NCBI GenBank assembly: GCA_964658305.1
Contig: OZ210884.1
Location: 1,550,001-1,614,000 of the forward strand
Reading direction: 5' to 3'
Source: Leptogorgia sarmentosa
Taxonomy: Eukaryota
DNA length: 64,000 nucleotides
Shown: positions 37,938 through 51,100 of the stretch, one piece after another
Layout of the letters: each line of letters starts with the position of its first letter
How positions within the stretch are numbered: position 1 is the stretch's first letter
The notes under the pieces: generated by a model
What the model saw: the letters and a program-made list of their open reading frames with translations, nothing else
Databases searched by the model: none
Told to the model about the DNA's origin: nothing
Program-made: the position numbers and the translations under genes

Positions 37938-40284
37938 TGTCGTCAGTACGCTGATGCTTGACGATCTACGTCAAAAATAATATAAAAAGGTTTTTTGAGC
38001 CCACCCTATGAGTTAGCTTAATGGAGCGGATAATTATAACGGTTTTTATATATAATATAAATGAAAAAATCTCTCGATTCTGATTGGCTGAGAACAGTGC
38101 AGTTTTAAGGAAATACAGTGCCAAAAAAGAAATTCAGTACCAAAAAAAGAAATTCAGTGCAAATTTCTTCAGATATTTATGTCTTGTGATTGATTGAGAT
38201 TACAAAGCTAGCCAATCAGATTAAGCTATTTCTGGGGAACAATAACAAAATATGAAATTCTACCGAGTAACTTTGGGTTGTTGTCTGTCCTTTCTTCCGA
38301 TTGTCGTAATTCTGGGGAACATTACAATATGCGTATCGAATCGCATTTTGAATTATTATGTTGAGCTCGCGATTTTTCTTTTAACGAACGAGACATAAAC
38401 GTGGTAAACTTAATCACTTTGTATGATCGTATTACGAAGGCTGTCAAACGCGTGCTTTCTGAACACTCGGGTATATCACATTTCACTTCCTGTGATCGTA
38501 ATAAAAAAATGTATCTTGCCCAGGCTTTTTAAAAACTCGGATATATTACTTGTGTGATTTTTTTTATTTCGTATCTTCGTATCACGATAGCATGTCACTG
38601 TTTCAGAAGTGGACGGGTATTCTATAACCCAGCCGTGATTTTAAAGTTTGTGCGCTACGGCAGCACTTTTCTTGCGATAGTAACTCCTAGTAACTAAGTC
38701 ATAAGTGAGTTCAATATTGAATTTCTGGATTAATCTGTCGCACACAAACATTATGATACGACAAACATGACAAAGCCAAATGCTATACAAAGGCGAAAAC
38801 TACATTCACTTTAATTGTCCCTACATTCACTTTGATTGTCCCTGTATTTTATGATTCACCAAAAGAGTAAATGCAATCGCAATTTTGTGCACGTCCACTA
38901 TGCCACTATCAAATAATGCATGACAAAAGGAAACACATAGGCCATAGCCATAATCCATAATATGATATTCCAAAGTATAAACTGATCAAAAAGTGATGAC
39001 ACACGTTTGTATTCATTTCATGAATTCAGAATCCAAATCAGGGATGAAGCAGGAGCGTTAATTGGGGGGAGAGGAGGTGGGTGCATATTTTCATATACTA
39101 TTTGTATTCCAATGAACGCCCTAGCTATTGCCGCGTCCTTGATCCCATGGATGTGTTAATAATAAAAGATAATCTGAAGGAACTAATGCTGGAAGGAATT
39201 CCGACCAGCATATAATACCGCATATCTTGCGCAACAACAATTAAGACGTGAAAATTTAAGCGTTGTAGTCAAACTAATACCATGCATATGTACACAAACA
39301 ATTATAGTAAAATACTTTGATGGAATTTTCACGCACTACTTACCGTGTTACATTGTGAAACTGCAACTGCTAGAAAGCTATATGCTTATACGTTCAGGAA
39401 AGAAACACCCGCTGTATTGTTCGAGTTTAAAACTCCTGAAACATACACCAATATACTCGAACATTTAATAAACCGGGTAGAACGGTATACAAACCGAAAT
39501 GCTGTTATTTGGACACTGAAACTGTTATATTATGTGTGTGCGCACCAGTGGACGTGCTAGACTGATTGCGCCAGGAGAATAATATCATATCACGTTTATA
39601 AATAAGTGAACTGTAAACCACTTATGCAAATCCACGACTTCTTGCTTCTTCACCACTAAACGTTCTAGCTACGGCTCTCTACATAGATTTCTTTAAGTTG
39701 AAACGCTAGCTAAACATGTATTTTGTTAATCCAAAACCTCAAATGTTCCCAACAACAAATCGTGACGTTTCGACAGGGACTTAACAAGTGTGAGAGCACG
39801 ACTAATCATCAATACTTTGTTCGCGACTATATAAACCGATCGGTTTACACGTTACAGTGTATTTCATTTCAGGAATTCAAAAGAATTCAAATGGTGTTTA
39901 CTTAAAAGATTCATACCAGGTGCATCTGCGAGTTTGCTAACTAAATTCATAACGACTTATACGTATAGGCTCATTTGTTATTGCATAATTATTGTGAAAA
40001 CGCAGCGAAAATGTTAGTGTTACGGTTGAGCGACTGCGTTAAATACAACAGATAAATGTGAGAAACGTATACTAGAGTAAAGAGCACTTACCCACATTTA
40101 CCGTTGCATTGTAGGGCAATTAGACACTTGATTTGTACAAGATTAGGCTGTGTAGCACTGTCACTATACACTATACGGCCACAGAATACACACAATGGAT
40201 TTGAAGCTTAAGACAGCAGCTATGATAATTTATGAGAGCGTTTCGGGTTCATTGAACAAACATGCATTAATTGTTTTCGTTGAA

Positions 40285-40649
40285 GGCCCCTATTACACTA
40301 TACCGGATTATTTTTCGTTGCGGATCAATTTTGACACGGATGAAAAAAATGGCAGCGATTACACTACGCCGCTCCGCTGTCGAAGACGTCTTCGTATCGT
40401 ATAATGTTGGATATTTAGGGCATACAAACACGACATTATTTGCAGCACGCTTGCAGCAGTCAATACAAACATAAAAATATTTTGTATAAGGCCCGGATGT
40501 ACCGGATTACTTTTCGTATCACGAACGAAGCGGAGTGATTTTTGCTCCGCGGCACGTACCGGATTACAGTGGCGTAGTGTAATCAACAGCGCAATCCGGT
40601 ATAAAAATCGCTCCGCTCCGATGCAATCCGGTATAGTGTAATAGGGGCC
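40285..40649. mobile_element. Harbinger-like MITE
   Basis: ggcccctattacactataccggatt ... aatccggtatagtgtaataggggcc. Confidence 0.75.
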
Positions 40650-41597
40650 TAAGAGACCTACACCACAGGGTGTGACCTTTCAAATTCAAATTAGCTATAA
40701 CGTATTTTACTATAATTTAAGCAGTCAATAATGTTTTAAAGCATTTTGATTGGCTGTCTGATCAGTAAATGTGAGGCATTATTTACTAGAATGTTTTTTC
40801 CAACATGGCGTCCAGAAATTATCAGCTATTTTTATTTCTGCTGATCGATTTTCTGGAAATACAAAAAAATATGCAATTGCACGATAACGAAAACGCGATG
40901 CTTTTAATCTTTAAGCTTTTTGACAATTAAAATTTATCAACAATTTGTTTTGCAATGCAAAATTTGACATTGTAAACAAAGAAAGAGCGACAAAATTTGT
41001 CAACTTGTTTCGTACATACAAAGTTGTAAAAACAAAAACTTGGAAACCATGATGAAGTTAATGAATAGAACGTTATAGGACGCTCTGAGAAAGTTTTCGT
41101 GCAATCAGAATGACTTGAAACTCCCACAGGGAATTGATATCGTCTCACTCTGTTTATTAGACATGCATCGTACCTATGGGATATTCAGGCAACGTCGGTG
41201 CGATACTGGGATTAAATGTGGAATGCATGCAACTAATTTGAATTTCAAAGATATCAGTTTATTCTGGCTAACCCTGTATAATAACCTAAAAAACACGATG
41301 CATGCCTGGAAATACTAGACTTATTTCTTGTGAAAAACATGCTATGTCATTTGTTTGCTGCGCTCACTTGTGAGATTTCATGTTCAACAACACTGGTATA
41401 ACCGAACACTCATGCATTATTGAGTTATTCTGTACTGTCTATTCGTGCTTACAGACCTTGGCAACCGAACTGGTTGCAAAAGAGATTATCAATGATGAAC
41501 ACACGAATACATCATGATGTGCCAACCTCCCAATAATCGATCTTCCATGGCCACTGAGTTTCGACGAAATTTTTTCACATTTCACCGGCAAAGCTAA

Positions 41598-41852
41598 AGG
41601 CCTGATTCTACGGGCGATATTTCTTGGGGAAATGCGAATAATTTCCGCGCGAAAAAATTTTACGCATGCGTCATAAGGGCAAATGAGATTTCCCGAGAAA
41701 AAAATTCGCTTCGCCACGGAGTAGAAGTCAGTTCTACTCACTTCGAAAGCGAAAAATGTGGGAGAATTCAATAGAATCCTTCACGTGCAACCATCCGCAA
41801 TTCGCAGGCACAACTTCTCGCCAAAGATTTCGCCGTCGTGGAATCAGACCTT
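41598..41852. mobile_element. MITE; a related inverted copy is at ~43513-43720
   Basis: aggcctgattctacg ... cgtggaatcagacct. Confidence 0.6.
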
Positions 41853-42192
41853 AAGTAATTTCATGTTGAAACAGATTGTGCGTAGTGATCACTTACTCTG
41901 TACGTCAGTGTTTGAGCAGACGGAATTATTCCTTGTAATAATGTTAATTAAGTACATGCATATTGCATGTCACAATACAAAGAATATGTTTGTAAATTGA
42001 AGGTTTGAGTGGGTGTTGTATGCAAATAAGGTATATCCTGTCTCGTTTAGGGTAAATACAAAATAATATCATAGTATCTCAAGTAGCAAGGAAATCCAAA
42101 AGAGCTTTCCCTCGCTATAGCATGGATAGCAAGGGTGTAATCTGATTATTCAATTAACTCAAAGTATATTAATATTCGATCACGGACAATTA

Positions 42193-45100
42193 ATGGCAAG
42201 CGAACGAACACCGCTCTTAAGCGAGAGCTTGGTGCTGAGGCAAAATTTTGAGGTGGATATTCAACCGACAAGGTTAGTGTACGCAAAATCACAAATTCTA
42301 CTTACTATGTAAGATTCCATGTCTCGAATATAGCTCCTCATCGGGAGTTAACTTGAACATGTGGCCAGTGTAGGTGTAGGTGTAGGTACCAGATAACATG
42401 ATCAATTACAAGCAAACTTTGATTGACAGTCTAGATTGAACTATTAGAACAGATTCGACGTTTCGAACAAAGGTAATTCGTCGGACGTTGCTCTTTGCTT
42501 CGCTCGGAACGTTGAATACGTTTGTATTTAGGTAGAGAGTAGAACTTCTTTAATGCAAGCAATATATGTAACTTTTTAACCTGACACTATACATAGGACC
42601 AATCGATGCACATTGACGTTATTGTACACAACTGTCTCTTATCTTATGTTGTGCAAATGCATGCAAATGTGTGACTATCGAGTCTTAAACTGGAAAGCAC
42701 AATGTTGTTTAAGAAGTGATATTAGATCACTCTGCAACATAAAAATAACAGCGACAACACAGGCTAGCCGCGACATCAATATCAAATACATCATGCTTGA
42801 AAACCGTAAGTTGAAGAATTAAAAAAACGTCAATTGAATTAAAGTACGTATAACAGTACAATCAAGTGTACCGGTTTGAGTTATATTACAATGTTCTGTA
42901 ATTCTATTGTTTGTGATGCCAAAAAGCACAAATTCTTCTCTGCAGAAGAGAGTTTATTCAAGCATGACATGACAAAAACCTGCCGCACGCGAGAGCTATC
43001 TGCTGTGGTGACAGTCACTTGTGACTATAGGCGCAGCAAAATGCTCTCGTGTGCGAGGATTCGTAACGCGTGCTAAAAATATTTCAATATTTTGCCGCAC
43101 ACGGGGGGAGTTTGCTCACGCCAATAGGCACGAGTGACTATGCGGTCATCAGACAGCTAGCTCTCGTGTGCTGCAGGCTTAATTCACCCCTTGAATTTAT
43201 ACTGGTTGTCCCCCAAAATGAACCCTCTGGTAGAAATCAGATGTTATTAAACATGCGATGTTATACCTTTGATATTAAATATTAAATATTAAATAAACGA
43301 CAGAAGTATTTATTATAGCACGTGTTTGTGTTGCTATTCGTTTAATTTGAATTTCCAGATGTGCAATAACCTAGCTGAGATTAACAACAAAAGAGTGATT
43401 TGTATACAGGGTGTACATACTTTTTCTGGGACACTTTGTTCAGGATGTGTGAAAATAAAAGCAAAAAATGCAACAATTAGCTATTGTTTGAATTTCCATG
43501 GCTTAATATGTCAAGGCCTTATTCCACGACGGTGGAATCTGTCGCAAAAAACTGTGTCTGCGAAATGCGGATGGTTGCATACGAACAAGTCTATTGAATT
43601 CCCTCCACATCTTTAGCTCTCGCAGTGAGCAGAACTGAATGGCGAAGCGAATTTTTTTCTCGAGAAATATTATTTGCCTTTATGACGCATACGTAGAATT
43701 GCACCCGTAGAATCAGACCTTGACGAGTTTATCATTTATTTAAAAATTGCTTGTTTAAATGCTTGAAACCACTTTGAATTCCCAATAGCCAAGAATCCTG
43801 GGCTTTACAATTTAATCAGTCAACTTCAACCTCGTCTCTGGAAACATTGAGTCTCGCAAGCAGATATTCCCCTCGCAAGCAGCCATTAATAGTACGTTAG
43901 TCAAGCAAGCTAATTCCCTCTTTGTATTAATAATATGCACAAGTGCACTCACAGCAGGAGCGTTTATACCCATTAAGATAATGACACTTCCTGTAAATCA
44001 TTTTATTTCGGCAATGATCGTGCCGTGTAGATATAGGGAAATTAAAGCAAACTTTGCAGACGGTTCTATCACATATTAGTATAATTACATAGGTGATTGT
44101 TGAACATTCTCCATGCTGATTTTCAAACCGTTCCTTATATGAGGGGCCCCGCGCGACGTTAATCCGGCCCTGTTTAAATACGCATGCCAGATAGTTTTTT
44201 TCCATGCGTAGCTAGTACTTGACAATTCTCCAACCTTCACTCAAAGTAAAGAGACACACTCCCTCTATAATATATCGATCTTCCGCAGGAATATAAAATC
44301 ACAAAAAAATCACTAAAATGAGTGAAATTCCTTTAAAAATCTCATTGTCATGTGGCTCAAATACTACTTTTTCTATTGGACAATTCGAATTTGAGGTAAC
44401 TATAGGCCTAATATACGTAAAATGTTCATGGTATATTCGATTACCATGAAAGCGCCATACTAGGTGGAACGTAATGTGTCCAGATATTCTCTTGATTTTA
44501 ATCCAAAGCGATAAAATAAAGGATAGTGTTGGTAAAGGATGTGCGTTTGTTCATGGCTGCGGTTTCAATCCACGCTTTTGAAATTTTATATTTTCCGTAC
44601 TCTTTAGTTATCTGACAGTCCTTCATCCAGCGGCATGATTTGTAACGCGATGGATTAGCTATATTCTTACTGTATACTTGTACTTTGAAATCATAATTAC
44701 AAAGAAATGTTTCTTTTATTTTGCAGGGAAGAAAATAATCAATTCCCCGGAGTAACAATCAGGCAACTGGTAAGCATTTTTATGTAATTATACGTCAATT
44801 TTAACAATAATTATTGTAGAAATATTTTGAGCAGTTGTGAAAAATTAAGATATTTCGATATGAATGGCTTTAAATGGCTAATGAACATTTTGCAGGGAAA
44901 AAATAACCAATTCCCCTTAGTAAAAATCAGGCAGCTGGTAAGCATTTTTTTATATATACTGTAGCTCAATTTTAACAATAATTATTGTTGAAAAGATTTG
45001 AGCAGTTGTGAAAAATTAAGATATTTCGATATGAATGGCTTTAGCTACAAAAATCATGACTGTATAATTATTACTGTGTGAGATTTGCAAATGTTCTTTC

Positions 45101-48100
45101 TTTGGAAACAAAACGAACAAAAGTCCTTTAAAATATTTTGACATTTGACAAAGGGTATATAGACTATCCTGTATGGAGTATTGACAATAAATTATAATCA
45201 AAATTGTCGAGTAACCTCTTTGTGAATAGACTAGTTAAAAATGTACAGTCCTAAACTGATTGCTGTTTTGAATGAGATGTTTTGTATTCTCGAGATGCCT
45301 TAGCTTCAGTGACACAAAAAATGCATTGATAAAAGTCAGTAAATAATGAAGATTCGAACCTTTGCATGACTGTATTCATTACCCCATTTTACGATATTTT
45401 GTAATCAATCTTCACGATATTATACTAAATTTGTGATGCCTTTCAAAGTTCAAGCTGTGCTAAATTCTTTGCACTTCAAAATTAAAGTTCACCATAAAGA
45501 GAAAGGTCGATTGCAAACGACCTACAAGAATTGTAAGGTTCCAGGAGCGTTATTGAAAAAATGCAAGCGTGTTTGACTACTCTCTAAATTCAAACGATTG
45601 AAAAATCAATCTATTTATCCGGAAAAACGGTCTCTTTGGGATCGAATAAAATTTGAATCGATTTTCGATTTCAAGAAGCTTATCCTAAACTTGCCCTGCT
45701 ATTGCCGCACACGCGAAATTTGAGCAATATGATTGGCTTAGGATTTTAAATCTTCACATTGATTGAAATGATTCTCAGTCGTCTTTATCCACTAGGACAT
45801 ACTTTCAAACGAATTGCACACTGAAACAGTATTTTTTTCACACTGTTGAATTATATTGATCACTGTATCACAGCTTCAGTGTGAAGTTGTAAATTAACTC
45901 ACTTTATTTCATTTCCTTAGTTTCGCTTCTCTGACAGAACCGATTCAATTCTTTTATTCTTTGGTGTGATTGGCTCAATATTATATGGGATTTCTATGCC
46001 AGCACAGTTCCTAATTTTTGGTAAAGTTGTGAACGATTTTGTTACATATATCATTCACGAAAATTACGACATATCAAATGGCCCTGACCTGGAGTCTTCT
46101 ACGACGAGAACCGCTAGCTTCTATGCGATCCTTGCGATCGCAAGCTTCATTTTCGCATGGTTAGGCATGGGTCTATTTGCCCTGTCTGCCGAACGTCAAG
46201 TGCATAAAATGAGTTTGGCGATGTTTAAAAGTGCTATATACCAAAACATTGGCTGGTTTGAAAAGTGTCCTGTTGGTGAACTAAATACGAGATTCACAGA
46301 GTAAGTTTAAATACGAGATTTATACAGTAAATTTAAACTGAATAAACAAGCGTACATGATTCGCTGATAAAACAGTACAGTGTGAGTAAAAAAATATTGA
46401 TACCTTCCATTTTCGGGGCACATTGACGTAATTTGACAAGCCTTACCTAAAAATGTGAACTATTAAAATTGATCTACATTGTTGGTGTTTGAATGTATCG
46501 CTGGAGTTACAATATTTCGATATTTAACTTAACATCAAATGGATTTTTCCCTTTAATTGCCATTAACTTGGTAAAGTTGTCAAATTTGTTTCCTAACAAG
46601 ACGCCTATAAGGTGTTCACTCGGGCTACATGAAGTTTATAAATGTCGAACCCACTGGCAGTGCGCGTGGCATGCACCATGAACCCACGCGTGAAACGATT
46701 TAACGAAGGTTTTCATTGGCCCATTTTTAAACTCGGTCTACCTACGGTAGCCCGAGTAATTAACGTAAAGTGTGAAAAATACAGTGATTTAAAGTTTGCG
46801 AATGTTGTATACTATTGCATTTTGCAAGACAAAGTGATAATCATTTTTCGGATATTTGGATGATATTTTTGCAACGAAAGTTAAAAATCTATATATCCTT
46901 CATGTAATATTTTTAACGATTTTTAAATGTAAATGCCGCTATCTTTTTTGCTATGGTGAATTTCTCACTGTCTAGAAGGGGAATTCTTATTCCCAATTCC
47001 CAGCCCAAATTTTGCCTCACTGAATTCCAGTGTCCAAAAGTACAAATTCCAAAATCCTAATCCCACTCCAACTTTCTATTGTTTCATTGCTGATCAATCT
47101 CAGTCCCAGTGCATTAAATCCCAGTTTTCCCAGCCAAAAATAAGCAAACTCCAGTTCCCATTTTACCTCTTCAGGACCCTCCCTTCATGGTCTTTCCAAT
47201 TGCGGTTATATTTTCATGTTTCACACTAATTCATTTCTATCACAAGGCCAATTCCTAACGCTATCCCCATCTAACCCTAACCGTTTTCGTGACTGCGTAT
47301 AACATGAAAATATAACCCCAATTGTGCTAAACACTCTCCAAAATGGAGGCTTACGAAAACGCCGTTTTCGTGTTTACGTGTGGACGGGCGAAACCGGATG
47401 TTTTTGAAAACAGTGACGTTGCGAAAACGATCTTTGAAACACGATTTGAAAACGATCGCTTTGAACATCTCATATTACTGAGCAATTTGAGCAATGCGCA
47501 TGTTCTCATCACAGATGACTGCTGTTTATACAAATGAAGAGTTGAAAACTCAGGCCAAAGCGGGAAAAGTTGCTGAACAAAGCATTGCGTCCATTAAGAC
47601 AGTTGCAGCATTTGGTGGGGAACAACATCAAGTGAAATTGTAAGAGTCTTGAAAAGATATTTTTTGTTTTTCCACCACGTATGAAAGCGATGGTGATTCA
47701 TTTTTCTCTTTGGGGGAATTTAGATACGGTGAACATCTGATTGCTGCAAGTAAATACGCGGTGAAGAAGTCCATGGCGGTTGGATTAGGAATGGGAGCAT
47801 TTCAATTGGTTCTCTATGTTGATTACGCAATATCAGTATGGTAAAATATATTCAATGTGTTGGTATTTCTTGTGTTTTAAATCTTAAAGGGTGCCTGAAT
47901 TGAAATGGTTTTGTTAAAAAAATGAACAGTCTTTTACGATATTTTCATTCAAACCCATCGTTTTACACTCAACAGCAAGAAAAATCATGTAACATGACAG
48001 ATCTTATACTACAACAGTTCCAAGCTGTTCGTGCGACACGCGTGGAAACCACACGCTTAAAAAGTAGCTTAACGAGGCAATTACGGAACAATGTATACGC

Positions 48101-51100
48101 GAGAAAATAAATAGCAAATTACATGAAGACACGAAGAGAAAACCCGTAAAATAACTTATAATTTAACGTATTTTCCTCGGTTTGGTATTCCACGTGTTTC
48201 GTGGTATTAAGTTAGTAAAAATTGCTTAACTTTAGTTAATTTAATGTAGATTGGATAACATGACCCCGATTTCTCCCGCCGCTACCCCCACCCCCCCCCC
48301 CCCACCCCCTCGCACGCTAACAATTTCCAATAGACCTTTCCCCTTTTGGTCTATTGCAAGGAATAAGTACTTGGAATGAGTTCGTCCCAGCTTTCCCATG
48401 AAAGGGGTTGCAAACTGTCTGCTGGAAATTGGTCTACTTCTATTTTGTTTACTTTGATATATGTATTATTTCAGGTACATAATAAAAATCACCAGGGAAA
48501 CGGGAAAAACACCTGGACAAGCATTGGCGGTGCGTATTTTTCTAATTCTTTCTTGAATAAATGAATGTCACTAGAAGACTGCAGTAAGTGGTCACGTTCA
48601 GTAATTCAGCTACGTCCTGTTCATTCCAAAAAGTGCAAGGGGATAGACGGTTTCTGGTTTATCCGGTGTTGAAAACGTTCGTACGACCCTCCAAGGGTAT
48701 AAGTAGGTGCCTACTAGCACTCCAGGAAGAATTTAGGAATATTTTTAACCTAGGGGTAAGATTGGACCCAACTTCCCACCAGGCCTACCATGGCTTGCGT
48801 CAAACAAGAAAATCTTGACGATTGTAAGTCTCTAGATTAGTCTTATCTCAACCTTTTTGGTAGGCTCGTTCCGGTGTAGATACGAGTGGAAAATTGCCAC
48901 TATTACGTATCATATTACTGTATAACCTTTAAAATGACTATAGTCACCAGTAAAATACATCAAGAAATCGAAAAACTTGGGGTGGAAGCTACAATTATAT
49001 GATCGTCTCCCCAAGCACCCCAGATCCCACCCAGGATTAACGCTCTTGTAAATGTGTAGAGACCCTGCAAACATGAATACAGTAGATATTCACTTGTCGA
49101 ATACGTTTTCCAAATTTCTTTTCCCTCATTTCCCGATAAAAGAGTTACTCTTAAAAACTCATAAGAGTAAATGTGTAATACGGATTATCCTGTAGAATTT
49201 CCTTTTCAAAGTCCTACAGATTTGCCTTTCGCATTTTACACTACTGTCACGTGAGAGAATCGTGAGATATGAACTTTCCAGTTAGATATTTCGGGAGTTT
49301 TGTTAATATCATTGTTTGCAGGTGTACGACGTCAAATGTATGACGTGAATGATTGTTGACAGTGCCGGATTATCTAGGGGGCTATGGCGGAATTCGCCCC
49401 CAGCCCCAGCTCAAAAGCTTGTTTACCGGCCTAAGAAAAACAATATGTATAAAAAAATGGGGTTTCCAGATAACATAAATTTTCATTAAATTATGAATTA
49501 ATCATTTGCTAATTGAAAGCTAAGAAGTTCTAGTGTCCTAAATCACTCAAGAATTATCTGCGTCTATATAGACAACGATAAGATTGCAAACTTCAACCTA
49601 CTTAGCATTGAACACGAAATACTAGACTCACTTAAGTTAATGTCGAAGTGGTAAATGCCACTGTCATTCAAGCAATGGGCATAGGTAAAAGATGACAAAT
49701 GCATGCACCTTAACCTACCCAAGACAAGACCATTTCGTTTAGTTCTTCGTCAGTAGTTGACCTAGATTTTCCACAGGTGTTTTTTGCGGTAACGATGGGA
49801 TCAATTGTCCTTGGACAAACTGCAGCAACATGTTTTCAAGCTTTAGCTTCGTCAAGAGGAGCAGCTTTCGTCGTATTTCAGACTATTGATCAGGTATGGC
49901 GTTCATGGGTACTCTCTAAATTCAAAGTACGATTGCCAAAATTCAATCTCTTTGGGATTGTTCTTACGGACCAAACATTTTTCATTGAAAATCAATATGC
50001 TATGTGCGATTTAACTAATAAAGATAAATGAATCTAAAACGAGTAACTATCAATCAAATTTCAATCAATTTTCGATTCAAAGAGGTTTATCCTGACCTGC
50101 TATTGCTCCACACGGCGCGAAGTTTTAGCAATATGATTCGCTTTACACTTATCTTTACAAAGATTGAAATGATTCTCAATCATCTTTAGCGACTGGCATA
50201 CCTTCTGTCGAATTGTGCATTAAAAGAGTATTTTTTGAACAGACTTCTGACATGAGACTTCTGTTGCATGAACATATTTGAAAAATAATAAAAAATACGA
50301 TTAGAAAAAACAGTAACTTGGCATTTACTTGTGAGAAATGATATAACCAGAAAAAAAAATAATACCTAAGTATCACAAAGGAGCAGGAACGGCAACACTG
50401 CATGTACCATTTCCTTATCGACGAATGACATTTCCTTCATACTTTGTAGAAATCAGAAATCGATGCTTCTTCTTTGGCTGGAAGAAAGCTAGAGAATATT
50501 AGTGGCGCTATAGAGTTTCGCCATGCGAAATTCTGCTACCCAAGACGATCTGAAATAGAGGTGGGAGACAGAACTGTGATAGAAAAATATGCGCTGAGGA
50601 ATGACTTCACGGAATATTGCTGATATGCTTGAACTAGATTTTTAGCCAATACTTGCTAACCTTGAGCCTTTCGTCTATTTTGCCGCAGGTTTTAAAGGAT
50701 TTTAATCTGAAAATACCAAGCGGAAAATGTGTGGCACTTGTCGGAGAAAGTGGTTGTGGAAAAAGCACGGTTGGAAAACTACTGCAGAGATTTTATGATC
50801 TGAATAACGGATGTGTAAGTATAATACTTGTTACTTAAGGCGATCACCAATTGGAGGCGGGCTGCCTTGCCGCATGTATTCATGTCCTGTATTATTAATT
50901 TCTTCGGTATTCAATCATTTTTGAGGATTGCTAATATGAAGCCATATCAAAACATGCATTCTTTCTTTCCAATCAGATTCTACTTGACGAACACAACGTC
51001 AAGGATCTTAATATCAGTCACATCCGCCGCTATATCGGTTCAGTGCCACAAGAACCAGCTCTATTTTCGACGACGATTGCTGAAAATATCGCCCTTGGTC

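Noticed and set aside
46785..46863. [25 protein letters not shown] as the missing ABCB exon
   Set aside because: Poor acceptor context, wrong spacing relative to the GIGDK motif, and it ends in a stop with no donor or TM4.
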